The notes beneath the pieces were generated by a model. The model was not told where the DNA came from. It worked only from the letters and a program-made list of their open reading frames with translations, and did not search any database. From Sphaerodactylus townsendi (Eukaryota), in assembly GCF_021028975.2 (NCBI RefSeq), contig NC_059439.1, positions 23,268,405 through 23,314,000 of the forward strand: DNA of 45,596 nucleotides. The letters are read 5' to 3'. This document shows positions 1 through 12,210 of the stretch, piece by piece (position 1 is the stretch's first letter; each line of letters starts with the position of its first letter). The position numbers were made by a program, and so were the translations under genes.

Positions 1-78
1 GGGGGGGGGGTTTGGGGGGGGGGGGGGTGTGGGGGGGGGGGGGGGTTGGGGGGGGGGGGGGTGGGGGGGGGGGGGGGT

Positions 79-110
<32 letters not shown>

Positions 111-138
111 GGGGGGGTGTGGGGGAGGGGGAGGGGGG
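1..138. other. Poly-G low-complexity run at a contig edge (probable sequencing artefact), followed by N gap 139-323
   Basis: Almost pure G directly abutting Ns; typical of no-signal base calls in two-colour Illumina chemistry. Confidence 0.8.
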
Positions 139-1140
139 NNNNNNNNNNNNNNNNNNNNNNNNNNNNNNNNNNNNNNNNNNNNNNNNNNNNNNNNNNNNNN
201 NNNNNNNNNNNNNNNNNNNNNNNNNNNNNNNNNNNNNNNNNNNNNNNNNNNNNNNNNNNNNNNNNNNNNNNNNNNNNNNNNNNNNNNNNNNNNNNNNNNN
301 NNNNNNNNNNNNNNNNNNNNNNNGGTGCAAGCAGAGGAAACCTCCATGGGAACCTTCTGAAAATGACAGGTGGCATAGAGAATCCCAAAGTGGCAGAAAA
401 TAGTGGACGTGACCTGCTCACAAAGCAGAAGTGAGAGCTTCAATAGTTGGGCTGGAAGAATAAAACATTGCCTGCTTTCTGCAAAGGAAGCAGAAAACAT
501 TTTCAAAATGATTTCAGGGGGAAAAACCTCCTAATTTTAGCATTTTCGAAATAAAACAATCGCAGGAAAAAATTAAATGGTTTGCAAACACTTTAAGGGA
601 AAAAACTGTGTGGAATTCCACCCCAAAACATTTTATTTTGTGACCTGAAAACATCTAATTTGTGTTGTGTGAAATGGGTCATTGCCTGCTTCCATGTCAT
701 GACCCTGGTATTCCTTGGAGGTTTCACATCCAAATACTAAGGATGACGCGACTTAATATCACAGATAGTAGTGCTTGCAGATCCATGCTACTTAACTTCT
801 GAGATCTGAAGAGATCAGTCTGTATCTGTCTAAGACAATGACAATAAAAAATGGGATCGCTAGGAAATTAGTTTGAGATAAACATTGCAAAATATGGCTG
901 AGATGGATCCAGCCCCAGATCCTAATGCATTTAGAGTAAGGTCTATTTACCTATCTAATACTTCGTTATCCCACCTAACTTTCATTCACCTCAAGAAAGC
1001 ATGCATCTGTTTAGAAACAAGTATGACTAAACGATGTGATGCATATATGCAGTATTAAAATTATCCACATTAGTTCTGCTAATAGTCAAGATGAAGTTTA
1101 TCATCTCAGGTAGTAGATTTTAGTTTACTGTCAAAGTAAA

Positions 1141-1410
1141 CCCCCCTTTCTCTCCTGCAGGAGACTCAAAGGAGCTTACAATCTCCTGGCCCTTCCCCCC
1201 TCACAACAAACACCCTGTGAGGTAGGTGGGGCTGAGAGAGCTCCGGAAAGCTGTGACTAGCTCAAGTTCATGCAGCTGGCATGTGTGGGAGTGTACAGGC
1301 TAATCTGAATTCCCCAGATAAGCCTTCACAGCTCAGGTGGCAGAGCTAGGAATCAAACCCGGTTCCTCCAGATTAGATACACGAGCTCTTAACCTCCTAC
1401 GCCACTGCAG
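1141..1410 (-). mobile_element. tRNA-derived SINE, Squam3/Ther1(MIR)-like
   Basis: Minus strand begins GCAGTGGCGTAGGAGGTTAAG (A box) ... GGTTTGATTCC (B box); highly similar to copies at 8.4, 9.0, 15.9 and 39.0 kb; possible TSD ACTGTCAA (1127-1134 / 1414-1421). Confidence 0.85.
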
Positions 1411-1553
1411 CAAACTGTCAATGATATAGTTTATTATCTCATTTTCACAACCATGACAGCTGATTTTTTCGCACATATTTTTCTTCAAGTGCCAATCCCT
1501 CCCCTTGAAATGCATGAAGACATTATAAGAATGTTAGCAACTGTCTGTCTTAC

Positions 1554-2519
1554 TCAATTATTAATCACTGGAATTGAAACTTGAGGGAGTGATGTAGTGC
1601 CCTTGAAAACTTTCTTGAGTGCTCCCTTGACCTCTTGGTTTCTTAAACAATAAATGAAAGGGTTCAACATTGGAGTGACAATGGTGTAGACAACGGATAC
1701 CAGTTTGTTGAGCTCAAAAGGGTAAATCCTCTTTGGCCTTGCATACATGAACAGAGTGGCTGAGAAGAAGATGACAACCACTGTGAGGTGAGCGGCACAT
1801 GTGGAGAAGGCCTTCTTCCGACCTTGAGCAGTGGACATGCGTAAAATGGTACCAATAATGCAGACATAAGAAACTGTAGTGACCGAGAGTGGAACCAACA
1901 AAATGATCAAAGCAATGAGAAAATCCACTATTTCAGCTACTGTCATGTCCTCACATGACATATTGAGCAATGGTGAAATGTCACAGAAAAAGTGGTTAAT
2001 GACAAAAGGGCCACAAAATGGCAGGCGAGATATGAAGACGACCTTCAGCATCGAGGCCAAGAAGCCAGTTAGCCACGAACCCACTGCCAGCTGTAGGCAG
2101 AGGCGCTGGGTCATGATTATCGGATAACGTAATGGATTGCAAATAGCCACGTAACGATCATATGCCATTACCGCCAGCAGGACACACTCTGTACATATGA
2201 GGGAGCTGAAAAAGTAGAGCTGAGTCATGCACCCTTCAAAAGAGATGCTTTTGTCTTTTGCCAGAAAGTTGGCCAAAAGCTTGGGGACAATCACGCAGAC
2301 GTACCATGCCTCCAGGAAGGAGAGATTGCTGAGAAAGAAATACATGGGTTTGTTGAGCCGAGGATTAGTTTTGATCACAGCAATGATAATGATGTTCTCC
2401 AGGAGTGTCAAGACATACATCACCAGGAAAATCACAAATAGAAGCACTTGCAGATCCATGCTGGTTGGAAACCCCAGTAAAATGAATTCCCGAACTATAG
2501 TCTTATTTTTGTGATCCAT
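1554..2519 (-). CDS. Olfactory receptor, class II, OR6(B)-like, intact, 321 aa
   Basis: ATG at 2519 (MDHKNKT, N-glycosylation sequon); motifs [44 protein letters not shown]; polypyrimidine tract plus AG acceptor 4 nt upstream (2525-2524). Confidence 0.96.
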   Translation of the reverse strand: MDHKNKTIVREFILLGFPTSMDLQVLLFVIFLVMYVLTLLENIIIIAVIKTNPRLNKPMYFFLSNLSFLEAWYVCVIVPKLLANFLAKDKSISFEGCMTQLYFFSSLICTECVLLAVMAYDRYVAICNPLRYPIIMTQRLCLQLAVGSWLTGFLASMLKVVFISRLPFCGPFVINHFFCDISPLLNMSCEDMTVAEIVDFLIALIILLVPLSVTTVSYVCIIGTILRMSTAQGRKKAFSTCAAHLTVVVIFFSATLFMYARPKRIYPFELNKLVSVVYTIVTPMLNPFIYCLRNQEVKGALKKVFKGTTSLPQVSIPVINN

Positions 2520-2971
2520 ATTTCTGTAGTATCGGGAATACAAAAGTGAGAAAATGAGAATGGTACACAGTGGTAACAAGAAGAAAAAGTTACCAATTCA
2601 AAAAGGAAACATGATAAATTAGGAAGTTTAAAAAAGGAAAGGGAAACTTGAATCAAACAGAGCTCACAATAAATATGTATTACCTGTTACACCACATAGA
2701 TTTTGTATATTTTCAGATTTACAAAGCTCAGTGACACTGTTTGGAAAACACTCCTTATTCATAAGGATTGAATTTTTGTAATTTTCATAATCCTATCTCA
2801 AATGTAAGAGAGTCAGCATGGTCTAGAGGTTGAAAACATTGGACTCTAATCTGGAGAAAGGCCAGAACAGGGGAAGTTGCCAGATGGGCCAGTTGGTAAA
2901 AAAATATTGACATTGACCATTTTTATGTGAAATTCTGAATACAGAATAAAAATGAATATATTTACTGCTTT

Positions 2972-3620
2972 GAACATAAGAACAAACCAGCTGGATCAGA
3001 CCAGAGTCCATCTAGTCCAGCATTCTGCAACTCGCAGTGGCCCACCAGGTGCCTTTGGGAGCTCACATGCAGGATGTGAAAGCAATGGCCTTCTGCTGCT
3101 GTTGCTTCCGAGCACCTGGTCTGCTAAGGTTGCTGGTCTGCTAAGATTTGCAATCTCAGATCAAGGAGGATCAAGATTGGTAGCCATAGATTCTCCTCCA
3201 TAAATCTGTCCAAGCCCCTTTTAAAGCTATCCAGGTTAGTGGCCATCACCACCTCCTGTGGCAACATATTCCAAACACCAATCACACGTTGCATGAAGAA
3301 ATGTTTCCTTTTATTAGTCCTAATTCTTCCCCCCAGCATTTTCAATGTATGCCCCCTGGTTCTAGTATTGTGAGAAAGAGAGAAAAAATTATCTCTGTCA
3401 ACGTTTTCTACTCCATGCATAATTTTATAGACTTCAATCATATACCCCCTCAGACGTCTCCTCTCCAAACTAGAGTCCTAAACGCTGCAGCCTCTCCTCA
3501 TAAGGAAGGTGCTCCAGTCCCTCAGTCATCCTCGTTGCCCTTCTCTGCACTTTTTCTATTTCTTTGATATCCTTTTTGAGATGTGGCAACCAGAACAGAA
3601 CACAGTACTCCAAGTGCGGT
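2972..3620 (-). mobile_element. CR1 LINE, 5'-truncated 3' end
   Basis: ORF2 C-terminus ERRRLRGYMIEVYKIMHG...TRTRGH...FFMQRVIGVWNMLP, then 3' UTR ending in a GTTCTTATGTTC-type octamer tail. Confidence 0.92.
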
Positions 3621-3781
3621 ACTTTGGATTGCTGTACTTCCCTGTCTTATATACATCTTGAATAAAATGGCTTGTCATCATCTTTTAAATGACTCATTCT
3701 GCTTATTTTTTTCTATTCTATTCTTTGTCATTTAAGTACATCATATACACATACGCTGCATATACCCATACATAAATCATA

Positions 3782-3921
3782 GGCTGATTCCGCATGGGCC
3801 AAAAACAGCAGTGTGAAAACGGTGTGAAAATGGTGTAAAAGGGTTTAAAACGGTGTAAAAGGGTTTATACTGTTTTCACACCGTTTTCACATCGCTGTTT
3901 TTGGCCCATGCGGAATCAGCC
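3782..3921. mobile_element. Palindromic MITE, PIF/Harbinger-like
   Basis: 28-bp perfect TIR GGCTGATTCCGCATGGGCCAAAAACAGC, imperfect pairing continues inward; 3-bp TSD ATA/ATA. Confidence 0.85.
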
Positions 3922-5266
3922 ATACGTATTTAGCACTGATTACAAACTCAGCAGTTTGAAATGGGACCTACATTTTCCATCTTGCCTGGGCCTATTGTGA
4001 GCTTTGCACAAGCCTGTCTGGAGAACTGTTATTGATTTCCAACTCCTCCATGTGAAGCCTGCTGGGTGACCTTGGACCACTCATAGTTCTCCAAGAACTA
4101 TCCCAAGTAGAGGAAGGCAATGACAAACCACCTTGGAATACCTTTAACCTTGAAATCTCTTTGAGGTTGTCATAAGTCAGCTGAGACTTGATGGCACATT
4201 CCACCCACCAGTACATTTCAAATGTGTCTGCAACGTCTCTGGTTATCAAATGTTTAGAATTTAATGGAAGGATTTGATTATTTTCAGTTTTATTGGCACA
4301 TCTGCCACATTATCATACTCCATTCTTTTTCTAATAGCTCGGAATTATATTGAGATTGAAAATAGTTCTGAGGTGTCTTGGCAGGCAATGATTTTTATCA
4401 ACATCTCCTAGCTTTAACGGGTAATGCCAGAGATCAAACCTAGAATCTGCTGCACATTAAAAAAAAAACATTCACTCCACCAGGCTCCTACAGTATAGTT
4501 TAGTTATTCAACCAGAATCTGGGAGACTCAAGTTTAAATGTCTACTCTGACATGGAAGCTCAATGAATCACCATGGGCCAGTCTCACAGTCTCGTACTGA
4601 CTTACTTTACAGGCTGGTTACTGCAAATATAAATTTTCAATTGCCAGCCTCTGGCTTTGCTGTTGCCAGGATTAATGCAAATAAAACTGGAGGCATATGT
4701 CAAATTCAGGAAGTTTCTCATTTAGAAAAATGCAAATACACATAAAGAAACCTAATATAATTAAATTATATATATATTTTAAAAAACCTGAAGTTTCCCT
4801 TTACTATTTTAGAGTTAAGCTATCCATGGGAGATTTCGATATTTTCACCACATAGTGTCATAGAGAAGAATCTGTTCATTATCATAATCTGTTCATTATC
4901 AGTCCATCCTAAGATTTATTAGCATAAGCAGTTCTCTCAATTTCGTTTTTAGAAGAATTGAGAAGAGTTTTCTCTACTTTCAATGTCTCAAAGAGGCTTA
5001 CAATCACTTTACCTTCCCCTCCCTACAACAGACACCTTGTGAAGTAGTTGGGGCTACAGACACCTTGTGAAGTAGTTGAAAGAACTAAAGTAAATTTGCT
5101 CTGATTCTGAGCTTTGTGACTATGAGGGAACTTAAACATAGATCTTTCCTGTTCTGATCTCCTGTTCTAGAAAGCATGCCAGCAGATGTACTCAGAATCC
5201 TACTCAAGTCTATTCAGTGGGACTAACTCTCAGAAAATTGCTCTTGTGATTTCACTGCTAGTTACT

Positions 5267-5296
5267 GGACAGACAGACACCTTTATTGGCAATATA
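5267..5296 (-). mobile_element. Ultra-truncated (30 bp) LINE 3' tip
   Basis: Minus strand TGCCAATAAAGGTGTCTGTCTGT flanked by a 9-bp direct repeat CTAGTTACT (5258-5266 / 5297-5305); same TGCCAATAAAGG end as the LINE at 11.5 kb. Confidence 0.6.
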
Positions 5297-6597
5297 CTAG
5301 TTACTATATCACTCTGCCTTTCTGACTAGTGTAGGTGGATGAAATATTCATCCTTACAAGTATTTTCACTTCTATAAAATAGGAGGAATGGATGAATTGC
5401 AGTGTTTTACAAGTTAAGATTTGCACATTAATTAATACAATTTTTCAAGCACACAAATATTGAGCCCCATTCAGAACAGCACAGTTGAAAGATCAGCATA
5501 CATTTTCCCTGTACCCGCTGAAAACACATTTGGAGCTCTTTAAACACTACTGCATTTCAAAAGGAGACTTGCTAGGGTGTGTTTGATAGTGGGTGTTAGG
5601 GGGGAAATTANNNNNNNNNNNNNNNNNNNNNNNNNNNNNNNNNNNNNNNNNNNNNNNNNNNNNNNNNNNNNNNNNNNNNNNNNNNNNNNNNNNNNNNNNN
5701 NNNNNNNNNNNNNNNNNNNNNNNNNNNNNNNNNNNNNNNNNNNNNNNNNNNNNNNNNNNNNNNNNNNNNNNNNNNNNNNNNNNNNNNNNNNNNNNNNNNN
5801 NNNNNNNNNNNNNNNNNNNNNNNNNNNNNNNNNNNNNNNNNNNNNGTTGTGACAGTGAATTAGGGCTAATTCATTTCTCACAAAATCACTGGTTCTAGAG
5901 CGTTACATTTAGAGCCAGAAGCAATCAAGGATTGCAGTTTACATTACATGTTCAATAACTGAATTGAAAAACAGACAAACTATATGCCACAAAACTTTTT
6001 TTACCTGAGTTGAAGGTGATCCTAAACAGTCTTTTCACATAATCTGCTGGCCAATAGCTTTCATTCTGGTAGGGTCAGATACTATGCAGTAAGAGTTGCA
6101 GCTGTCTGAAAGGCATTTCAGTTTGACTTTCCCCCAGCTGACTTTTCTTCCGATGGAAAATGAACGGCTTCAGGGAGAATGTATAAGGAGAAATTACTTC
6201 AGCTACCTGAACAGAACTATCTAGACACTGTATAAGAATTCAGTAGATACTCTCTCTCCCTGCAAAATTATCAAGGGAATTAAAAGTTTTCTTTTTTGTT
6301 TTCAGAGGCTGGCAAATGTAGTTGTCTAGATCTTTGTTCATGTTTGCCTTTTGACTTTTTCATAACCCTGTTTGCTGTCATGGTTACAGGTACTGGTTAG
6401 GGTTGCCAACGACCTGGACAAAGACATCTTGTCCCTTTAATAGAGACTTCACAGCTCCTGAAGCATTTTTATCTGACCTCGAGCTTTCCTAACAATTGTG
6501 ATATTGATTATATCTTGGCTTTCCTCTAAAGTGCTCCAAGAGTCATAGATGACTCGGTAACAATCTTATGAGGTGTGATCAAATTTTGTCACACTTA

Positions 6598-6749
6598 GGC
6601 CCCTTCCGCACGTGCAGAAATAATGCACTTTCAATCCACTTTCACAGTTGTTTAAAAGTGGATTTTGCTGTTCCACACAGTAAAATCTAGCTGCAAAGTA
6701 CATTGAAAGTGGATTGAAAGTGCATTATTCTGCATGTGCGGAAAAGGCC
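6598..6749. mobile_element. Palindromic MITE, PIF/Harbinger-like (GGCCCCTTCCGCAC family)
   Basis: Long imperfect TIRs, flanks TTA/CTA; relatives at 7755, 18193, 31073 and 38710. Confidence 0.85.
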
Positions 6750-6829
6750 CTAGTCTCTCTCTGAATGTTGAGCATGACATGAGCATAATATATGAGGCAT
6801 AATTAACTTACAGAATTCACCAGTGTAAG

Positions 6830-7115
6830 ATTTAGCAATGGCCACTGGCTTAGACATCTTTAAAATAAGATTGGACAAATTCACTGCGGACAGGTGCATC
6901 ATGAGCCAAGATAACTAAATGAAAGCTTCCTGGTGCACAGGAAGTGTTCAGAAAAAACAGTTGATGCAGAGGAAAAAATAACAGGAGAAGACTTGGGTCT
7001 CAGTAACCTTGTTTGTAAGTCTTCTAAGGACTTTTGGTTGGTCATTGTAAGAAATGAGTTGCTGGACTAGATGAACCTTTTCTTGCCTGATCTAGCAATA
7101 CTCTACTTATGTATT
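6830..7115 (+). mobile_element. Old CR1 LINE 3' fragment
   Basis: Degenerate match to the 3' ends of the CR1 copies at 3.0 and 26.9 kb (GATGGCCAC...TTGGACAAATTCA...GCTGGACTAGATG). Confidence 0.55.
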
Positions 7116-7754
7116 CAACAGAAAGAATGCAGCCATTGGCTGTGTCCATATCTCATGAAGCTAAGAAGATCATTGGGTCAGCCTTCAAACTAATAGTTGG
7201 CATTAACCCTCTTGGCAGAGTTACTGTGAGAATGGGGAACATGTGTACTTCATTGGGATTCTTGGATGAAAGGTCATGCAATAAAAATGTGATACACTAG
7301 TATCCTTATTGATCACAGACAAACATTGGTACAGGCAGGCTATAAGGAACATAGAGCTAAGCTTTTTAGGCTTGTGACTGCCAATGAAGTAGAAGCTTTA
7401 TGGTCAGTCTAGGGTGTGTCAGTTCAGGGTAGAGTCCAAAGCTCTTCTTCTGTATTCTCCAAAGTACACTCAGAAAAAAAATACGAGGAGGAGAATCAGA
7501 TGATTTTTTAGTTATTTTGGGGTGAGGGAGGTTGAATCAAATGTGATTTCAGGTAGCATTTTAGCATAGTTTGGATTTTATATTTTATTTGATAAGATCA
7601 CTTTTATTTGTCTATGCATATTTTCTTTAATGTTAAAAACATTTTAATTTAAAAAATCATTGTCATCAGGCCTTGGAGGAAAACAAATATAGCATTTAAA
7701 CCATGATTTGGCCAGATATTTAATTCTTGTTAGTAAGTTGTTTCAAAGTCTTAG

Positions 7755-7895
7755 GCTCATTCGCTTTTATGCAGAATAATGCCTTTCAAGCTGCTTTCCC
7801 CAATGCATCTTTGGCTGTCTTGAATGGCAAAATCCTTGCAAACAGTTGTGAAAGTGGTTTTCAGATATGAATGCATTATTTTGTGGAAGTCCTTC
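7755..7895. mobile_element. Degraded or garbled copy of the palindromic Harbinger-like MITE
   Basis: GGCTCATTCGC...GCAGAATAATGC...GCAAACAGTTGTGAAAGTGG...TGCATTATT aligns with 31073-31213 with many indels. Confidence 0.6.
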
Positions 7896-8397
7896 GCACA
7901 CACAAAAAATACATTCTGCTAACTTGATTACAATGAACCACCATTCACTAACTTCAAAAAAACATTAATCCAGATGTTCAAATCGACTGAACCCCATGAG
8001 CAATTAAGAAAATCTGGCAATGCATGTTGATTTCTTTTAGCCTATTTTCTTCGATCAGCTGTCCAGCATTTCTCGGGTACGAAAGTACTCTTGGGGTAAA
8101 TTGCTGCATCTTGATTATTTACAGTTAGCATAAATATCTCCAAGCAGTTGTTTGAGTTGGTAACAGTCACACCACTTAGTTCCAGTTTCTCTTAAAGGGC
8201 CATTTCTTAAAGTTGTGTTTTGCAGTTAGAAGTGTAACGCTTTAAAGTTAAGAAGTGTAGCAGCTCTGGGGGACATGGGGACAGTTCCTTTTTTTAATCA
8301 GCAGCAACAGCTGGTTGGATCCAATACATTACCTGTTTAATGGCCACAATTATCATCACTGCAACTAGTAGTAAACTGGGAGGCTCAAGACAACCAT

Positions 8398-8711
8398 GAA
8401 AAGAAGAAAAAGATTAAGAGGAGGAGGAGGAGTTATATCCCCCCTTTCTGTCCAGTCGGATACTCAAAGAGGCTTACAATTTCCTTTCCCTTCCCTGCGC
8501 ACAACAAACACCCTGTTAGGTGGGTGGGGCTGAGAGAGCTCCGAAAAGCTTTGACTAGCCCAAGGTCACCCAGCTGGCATGTGCTGGAGTGTACAGGTTA
8601 ATCTGAATTCCCCAGATAAGCCTCCACAGCTCAAGCAGCAGAGCGGGGAATCAAACCCGGTTCCTCCAGATTGGGATTCACCTGCTCTTAACCACTACAC
8701 CACTGCTGCTC
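8398..8711 (-). mobile_element. Squam3-like SINE
   Basis: A box GTGGTGTAGTGG, B box GGTTTGATTCC, (CCT/CTT)n tail. Confidence 0.85.
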
Positions 8712-9016
8712 CACTGAAAGCTTTAGGAAAGCCTGTCCTGCTGTATTTTGATTCATTTACAAAATTGCATTTTTCTACCTACCTGGATGATTTTGCAAAT
8801 GAACCACAATAGGGTAGGATGTCCAGATGCTAAGCATGCTGTAAGAGTCATGGGCATGTTGAAGGTCAGTTAAACAGGATAAATGAAAAATAAATTGACC
8901 TGGGCAGGCTTCTGAAAGATGAGTCTAATAGGAGAGAATTGGGTTAGTAGTGTCTGTTTGTGGGGGCACAGTGTGAAATCTGTGAGTGATTGCCCCCAAC
9001 TCAGCATAATTCATTA

Positions 9017-9322
9017 AGAAGAAGAAGAAGAAGAGTTTGGATTTATATCCCCCCTTTCTCTCCTGCAGGAGACTCAAAGGGGTTTACAATCTCCTTGCCC
9101 TTCCCCTCTGGCTCAAACACCCTGTAAGTGGGGTGGGAGCTGAGAGAGCTCCGAGAAGCCGTGACTAGCCCAAGGTCACCCAGCTGGCGTGTGTGGGAGT
9201 GTACAGGCTAATCTGAATTCCCCAGATAAGCCTCCACAGCTCAGCCGGCAGAGCTGGGAATCAAACCCAGTTCCTCCAGATTAGATACACAAGCTCTTAA
9301 CCTCCTACGCCACTGCTGCTCC
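9017..9322 (-). mobile_element. Squam3-like SINE, full length
   Basis: Head GGAGCAGCAGTGGCGTAGGAGG, B box, (CTT)n tail at 9017-9034. Confidence 0.88.
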
Positions 9323-9382
9323 TCCTTAAGCTCCTTAAGAGCTCCTCCTTAAGAACTCCTCATGATCCTGGCTCATATTTGC

Positions 9383-10350
9383 TTAGAGATTACTAGACAT
9401 GGAGTTAGCACTCAAGCGGGAAAAAATCTTGTTCAGGGCTGTCTTTACTTCCTGATTCTGTAGGCAGTAAATGAAGGACACAAGCATAGGGTGACAATAA
9501 GTGTACCCCAACTTGGAAGCCTAGAAATTTGTTCAGTTTGCAGTGGATTCTCCTTAATTAGGACATGCATACATAAAGAGGGTAGCTGAGTAGAAAATGA
9601 CAACCACAGACAGATGTGAGGCACAGGTGGAGAAAGCTTTTCTCTTTCCCTTGGCAGTGGGAATGCACAAAATGGTACTTATTATACATGCATAGGTGGC
9701 AATCGTGACCGACAGTGGGATCAAAAGGATGATGAGAGCAAATACAAAATCCACCATCTCAGCCATTGTCCGGTCTGTGCAGGAGAGGTTGAGTAAAGGC
9801 GAAATGTCACAGAAGAAGTGGTTGATGACGTTGGGTCCACAAAAGGTCAAACGGGAAATGAAAAACACTTTGAGCATAGAGATAAGGAAGCCAGCAAACC
9901 AGGATCCCACAGCCAGCTGCAAGCAGAGCCGAGCTGTCATAATGACAGGGTAGTGCAGTGGCTTGCAAATAGCAACATAGCGGTCATAGGCCATGACAGC
10001 CAAGAGGACGCACTCAGTGCAGCAGACTGCCAAGGTATGAAGAAGTACAGCTGGGCCAAGCAGCCTTCAAAGGAGATGCTTTTATCCTCTGACAGGAAGT
10101 TAACTAGAAGCTTCGGGACAGTTACAGAGATGTACCAGGTTTCAAGGAAAGATAAGTGACTAAGGAAATAGTACATAGGCTTTTGGAGATTGCTGTTTGC
10201 CCTGATCAGGGTGATGATTACAATGTTCTCCAAGAGTGTCAGGGTGTAGATCACGAGGAATAGGACAAATAGCAGTACTTGAAATTCCATGATGGTGGGG
10301 AATCCCAGAAGGATGAACTTCTGGATTCTGGTCTGGTTTCCTAGTTCCAT
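9383..10350 (-). pseudogene. OR6(B)-like olfactory receptor with frameshifts (pseudogene as assembled)
   Basis: ATG 10350 MELGNQT...[10 protein letters not shown]; frame break near 10020-10040; [10 protein letters not shown]...KAFSTC in a second frame; garbled 9480-9560; FIYCLQNQEVK and TAA stop at 9383-9385; paralogue of 1554-2519. Confidence 0.9.
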
Positions 10351-10559
10351 TATCTGACACAAAAACCTGAAGAAACAAGAAAAAATTAAATTATTTGAAA
10401 GGATGGGGGTATGCAGGTTATTACACCTAGAGATGGTGACTAACCCAAGGCTATCTAGCAAGTATCATAGCTGAGTGAGGAACTCAGATCCCTTCAGCCC
10501 ACGTCTGATGGAATGGACTCAAAATTACCTCAACCAAAGACCTGGTAGAACATCTCTGT

Positions 10560-10984
10560 TTTGCTGGCCATGGAATTGAACCAGATCCTGCAGGGCCCTG
10601 ATGTCAGCTGGAAGAGTGTTCCATCAGACAGAAGCCTGGATGAAAAAGTCCTGGCTCTGGTTAAGGCCAATCAAATGTTATTAGGGCCAAGAACTTCCAG
10701 AAGATTCCCTCTAGAAGCCTCCTTTCCAGAAGATTCCCTCTAGAAGCACAATATGGGAAGATGCAGTTTGAAGATACACAGGTCCCAGGCTGCGCAAAGC
10801 CTCAAAGATTAATATCAAAACCTTGAACCTGATCCAGAACTCAACTGATGAAGCTGTGCAAAGCACAGGTGTAATGTGTTCTCTTACTGGGACACTGATA
10901 AGGATTTTCACTGCTACATTCTGGATCAGTTTTAATTTCTGGAGCATTCTCAAGTGTAAACCAGTGTAGAGTGAGTTACAGTTA
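10560..10984 (-). mobile_element. L2 LINE ORF2 fragment
   Basis: LQKLKLIQNVA...REHITPVL...IRFKVLILIFEALRSLGPVYL; homologous to 24314-25236. Confidence 0.8.
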
Positions 10985-11200
10985 CCGTGTTTCCCCGAAT
11001 ATATGGCAGTGTCTTATATTAAATTTTGCTCCCAAAGATGCGCTATGTCTTATTTTCAGGGGAAGTCTTATTTTTTTGTGTTCTGTTCGTCGGTCATACT
11101 TCCAAACAAAAACTTTGCTATGTCTTACTTTCAAGGGATGCCTTATGATTTCCTCTCACACTTCAGCAAAACATCTACCATGGCTCCTTATTTTTGGGAA
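10985..11200. mobile_element. Tc/mariner (Tc2/pogo-like) non-autonomous fragment abutting the L2
   Basis: TA followed by CCGTGTTTCCCCGAA terminus, internal repeats of GCTATGTCTTATTTTCAGGGG; right end degraded. Confidence 0.6.
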
Positions 11201-11494
11201 GGCCCTCTCCTTTATGCAACACTTGGATCTCGTTGGAATCCAAGGTTGGTTCATGTATCTTTACAACAAAATAAAGAAGAAATGATATATCAAACATGAT
11301 CTTCATTTTTTTAGACCCTGCCACATTTTCTGCTCAATCTTCCTAGATTCCCTCCCCACTGCATCACCTGTCCTGCATGGCTTCCCCTCCCACAAAGATA
11401 GGTCCTATGGTCCTCAGTTTAGCCTTTTAGTGGGTCAAACAGAGCTTGTCCTCTTTTACATCTACAACAGCTGGTAGGATCCCACTGGCTATCC

Positions 11495-12210
11495 AATTCC
11501 AAAGCCTTTATTGGCATTATAAATTACAGAGTTAGAAAAAAGGGGCATTTATCTACTAACTGAGACATTAAAACATTAAAATACATTAAAACCACGTTGG
11601 ACATTCACAACCACGCCTTGTAAACTGCACACATAAAATAATTTAGCTGTCACTATTATGTAGGCAATGATTGCGCCTGGCCAAATAGTGCCTCAGAAAA
11701 CTTCCAGCATTCTCACATATGAAATCACAGGAACCGTTGAGTAGAAAATTAATAAAAGATGGTAGCCTGACCGCATTTGAGCTCTCTAACAATGGACACA
11801 TATACATAGAACGTAGCGACTCGTATATTGGACATTCCAATAGTACATGTTGAACAGTCTCAACAACGGCCATATTGCATGGACATAACCTGTTCTCATA
11901 TGGAGTGTTATTATACCTGCCAAGAGTCATCGCATTAGGCAGAGTGTTAAAACGAGCTAAAGTGTACGCTCTGCGTTGTTTGGGATTACACAGAATGTAC
12001 AGATAGTTGGCACATTGATCTGATCGGACAATTCCCAAGGCCTGTGGAGAGCACCTTCCCCCCCCCTCCTGCAACATTTCCAGTTTCTCTCGTTCAACTA
12101 AAACAGATTTAATTTCATTATGAATTCTGATGGCAGACATAGTTTGGAACTGGTCAGCTGTTAGGCCCATGTTGTTAAGTTTCTTATCTATCCATAATTC
12201 TAACCATGAA
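11495..12210 (-). mobile_element. LINE 3' fragment, RTE-X-like, with C-terminal CCHC knuckle
   Basis: ORF 11643-12170: RRAYTLARFN...GRYNNTPYENRLCPC-x8-HVLLEC; short 3' UTR ending TGCCAATAAAGGC. Confidence 0.75.

Noticed and set aside
12-434. Glycine-rich ORFs
   Set aside because: Translation of artefactual poly-G and Ns
1879-2514. Plus-strand ORFs overlapping ORs (also 9696-10159, 22365-22786, 36245-36529)
   Set aside because: Antisense shadows of OR coding sequence
2520-2579. N-terminal extensions in the ORF track (also 10461, 29467, 45567)
   Set aside because: Begin at TTG/GTG; most run through the intronic polypyrimidine tract; the true ATGs lie downstream
9240-9322. tRNA-like A/B boxes (also 37238-37305)
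   Set aside because: SINE heads continuous with SINE bodies; not tRNA genes
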